The notes beneath the pieces are model-generated. The model searched no databases, was not told the origin of the DNA, and saw nothing but the letters and a program-made list of their open reading frames with translations. DNA of 63,984 nucleotides, filler included, from Octopus bimaculoides (lineage: Eukaryota): assembly GCF_001194135.2 (NCBI RefSeq). It is 5 parts of 4 records of this genome, joined end to end, with 100 filler letters (N's around TTAATTAATTAA, not from the genome) between each part and the next. Parts side by side here need not be neighbours in the genome. Positions count along the whole stretch, not along the records: positions 62,663 to 63,984 come from NW_026438658.1; 4 more parts are not named here. One strand, written 5' to 3'. Shown in pieces: positions 63,643-63,984 of the stretch (position 1 is the stretch's first letter; each line of letters starts with the position of its first letter). The translations under genes and the position numbers were made by a program.

Positions 63643-63984
63643 TGTGTGCGTGGTGTGTGCGTGCGTGTGTGTGTGTGGTGTATGTATATATATATATATA
63701 TATANNNNNNNNNNTGTGTGTGTGTGTTTGTGTGTGCGTGGTGTGTGCGTGCGTGTGTGTGTGTGGTGTATGTATATATATATATATATATATTCAAATA
63801 TGAATCAGAAGCAACTCGAAGAATATAAACATTATCGAATGTACATACACAAGGTATACGTTTGGTTACTAGACTGTGTGTAGGTTGCAGTTGGAGGCTA
63901 TAAGTGCACCCTACCCATGAATTAGCAACAGACATATATTGTGTATACCTTTCCGATATTGTATGCGTATATATATATATATAT

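Noticed and set aside
1-63984. Long ORFs in the track (poly-X, poly-V/H/Y/I/L, RE/SL repeats)
   Set aside because: They are translations of N gaps and microsatellites, with no domain content.
1-63984. CRISPR array or prokaryotic systems
   Set aside because: No regularly spaced repeat-spacer structure and no operon-like coding density; the sequence is animal genomic DNA.

Overview
Repeat-dominated eukaryotic draft-assembly window with many N gaps and dense (TA)n/(CA)n/(TAA)n/(GAT)n microsatellites. The SINE families and microsatellite load point to a coleoid cephalopod, most likely Octopus (inference). No host protein-coding exon could be identified with confidence, and nearly all long ORFs in the track are microsatellite or N-run artefacts. 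Supported content: at least four tRNA-headed SINE families in many copies; R4/Dong-type non-LTR 3' fragments stacked in (TAA)n arrays; CR1/Jockey-like and RTE-like LINE tails, one of which leaves an intact two-C2H2-finger mini-ORF; a 2.8 kb Gypsy LTR element with gag, protease and integrase but no RT/RNase H; mariner, maT-like and Tc1 transposase relics; several MITEs; a probable solo LTR; and a YY1/NRF1/ETS promoter-like motif cluster at about 51.2 kb. The most interesting signal is a set of minimal type-I hammerhead ribozyme motifs from two Penelope-like repeat families. Each family has a head-to-head inverted pair, and one copy (53824-53863, +) has a fully intact catalytic core. Four TTAATTAATTAA islands centred in 100-bp N spacers are scaffolding artefacts, so contiguity across them is not guaranteed. 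Boundaries of degraded repeats are approximate.
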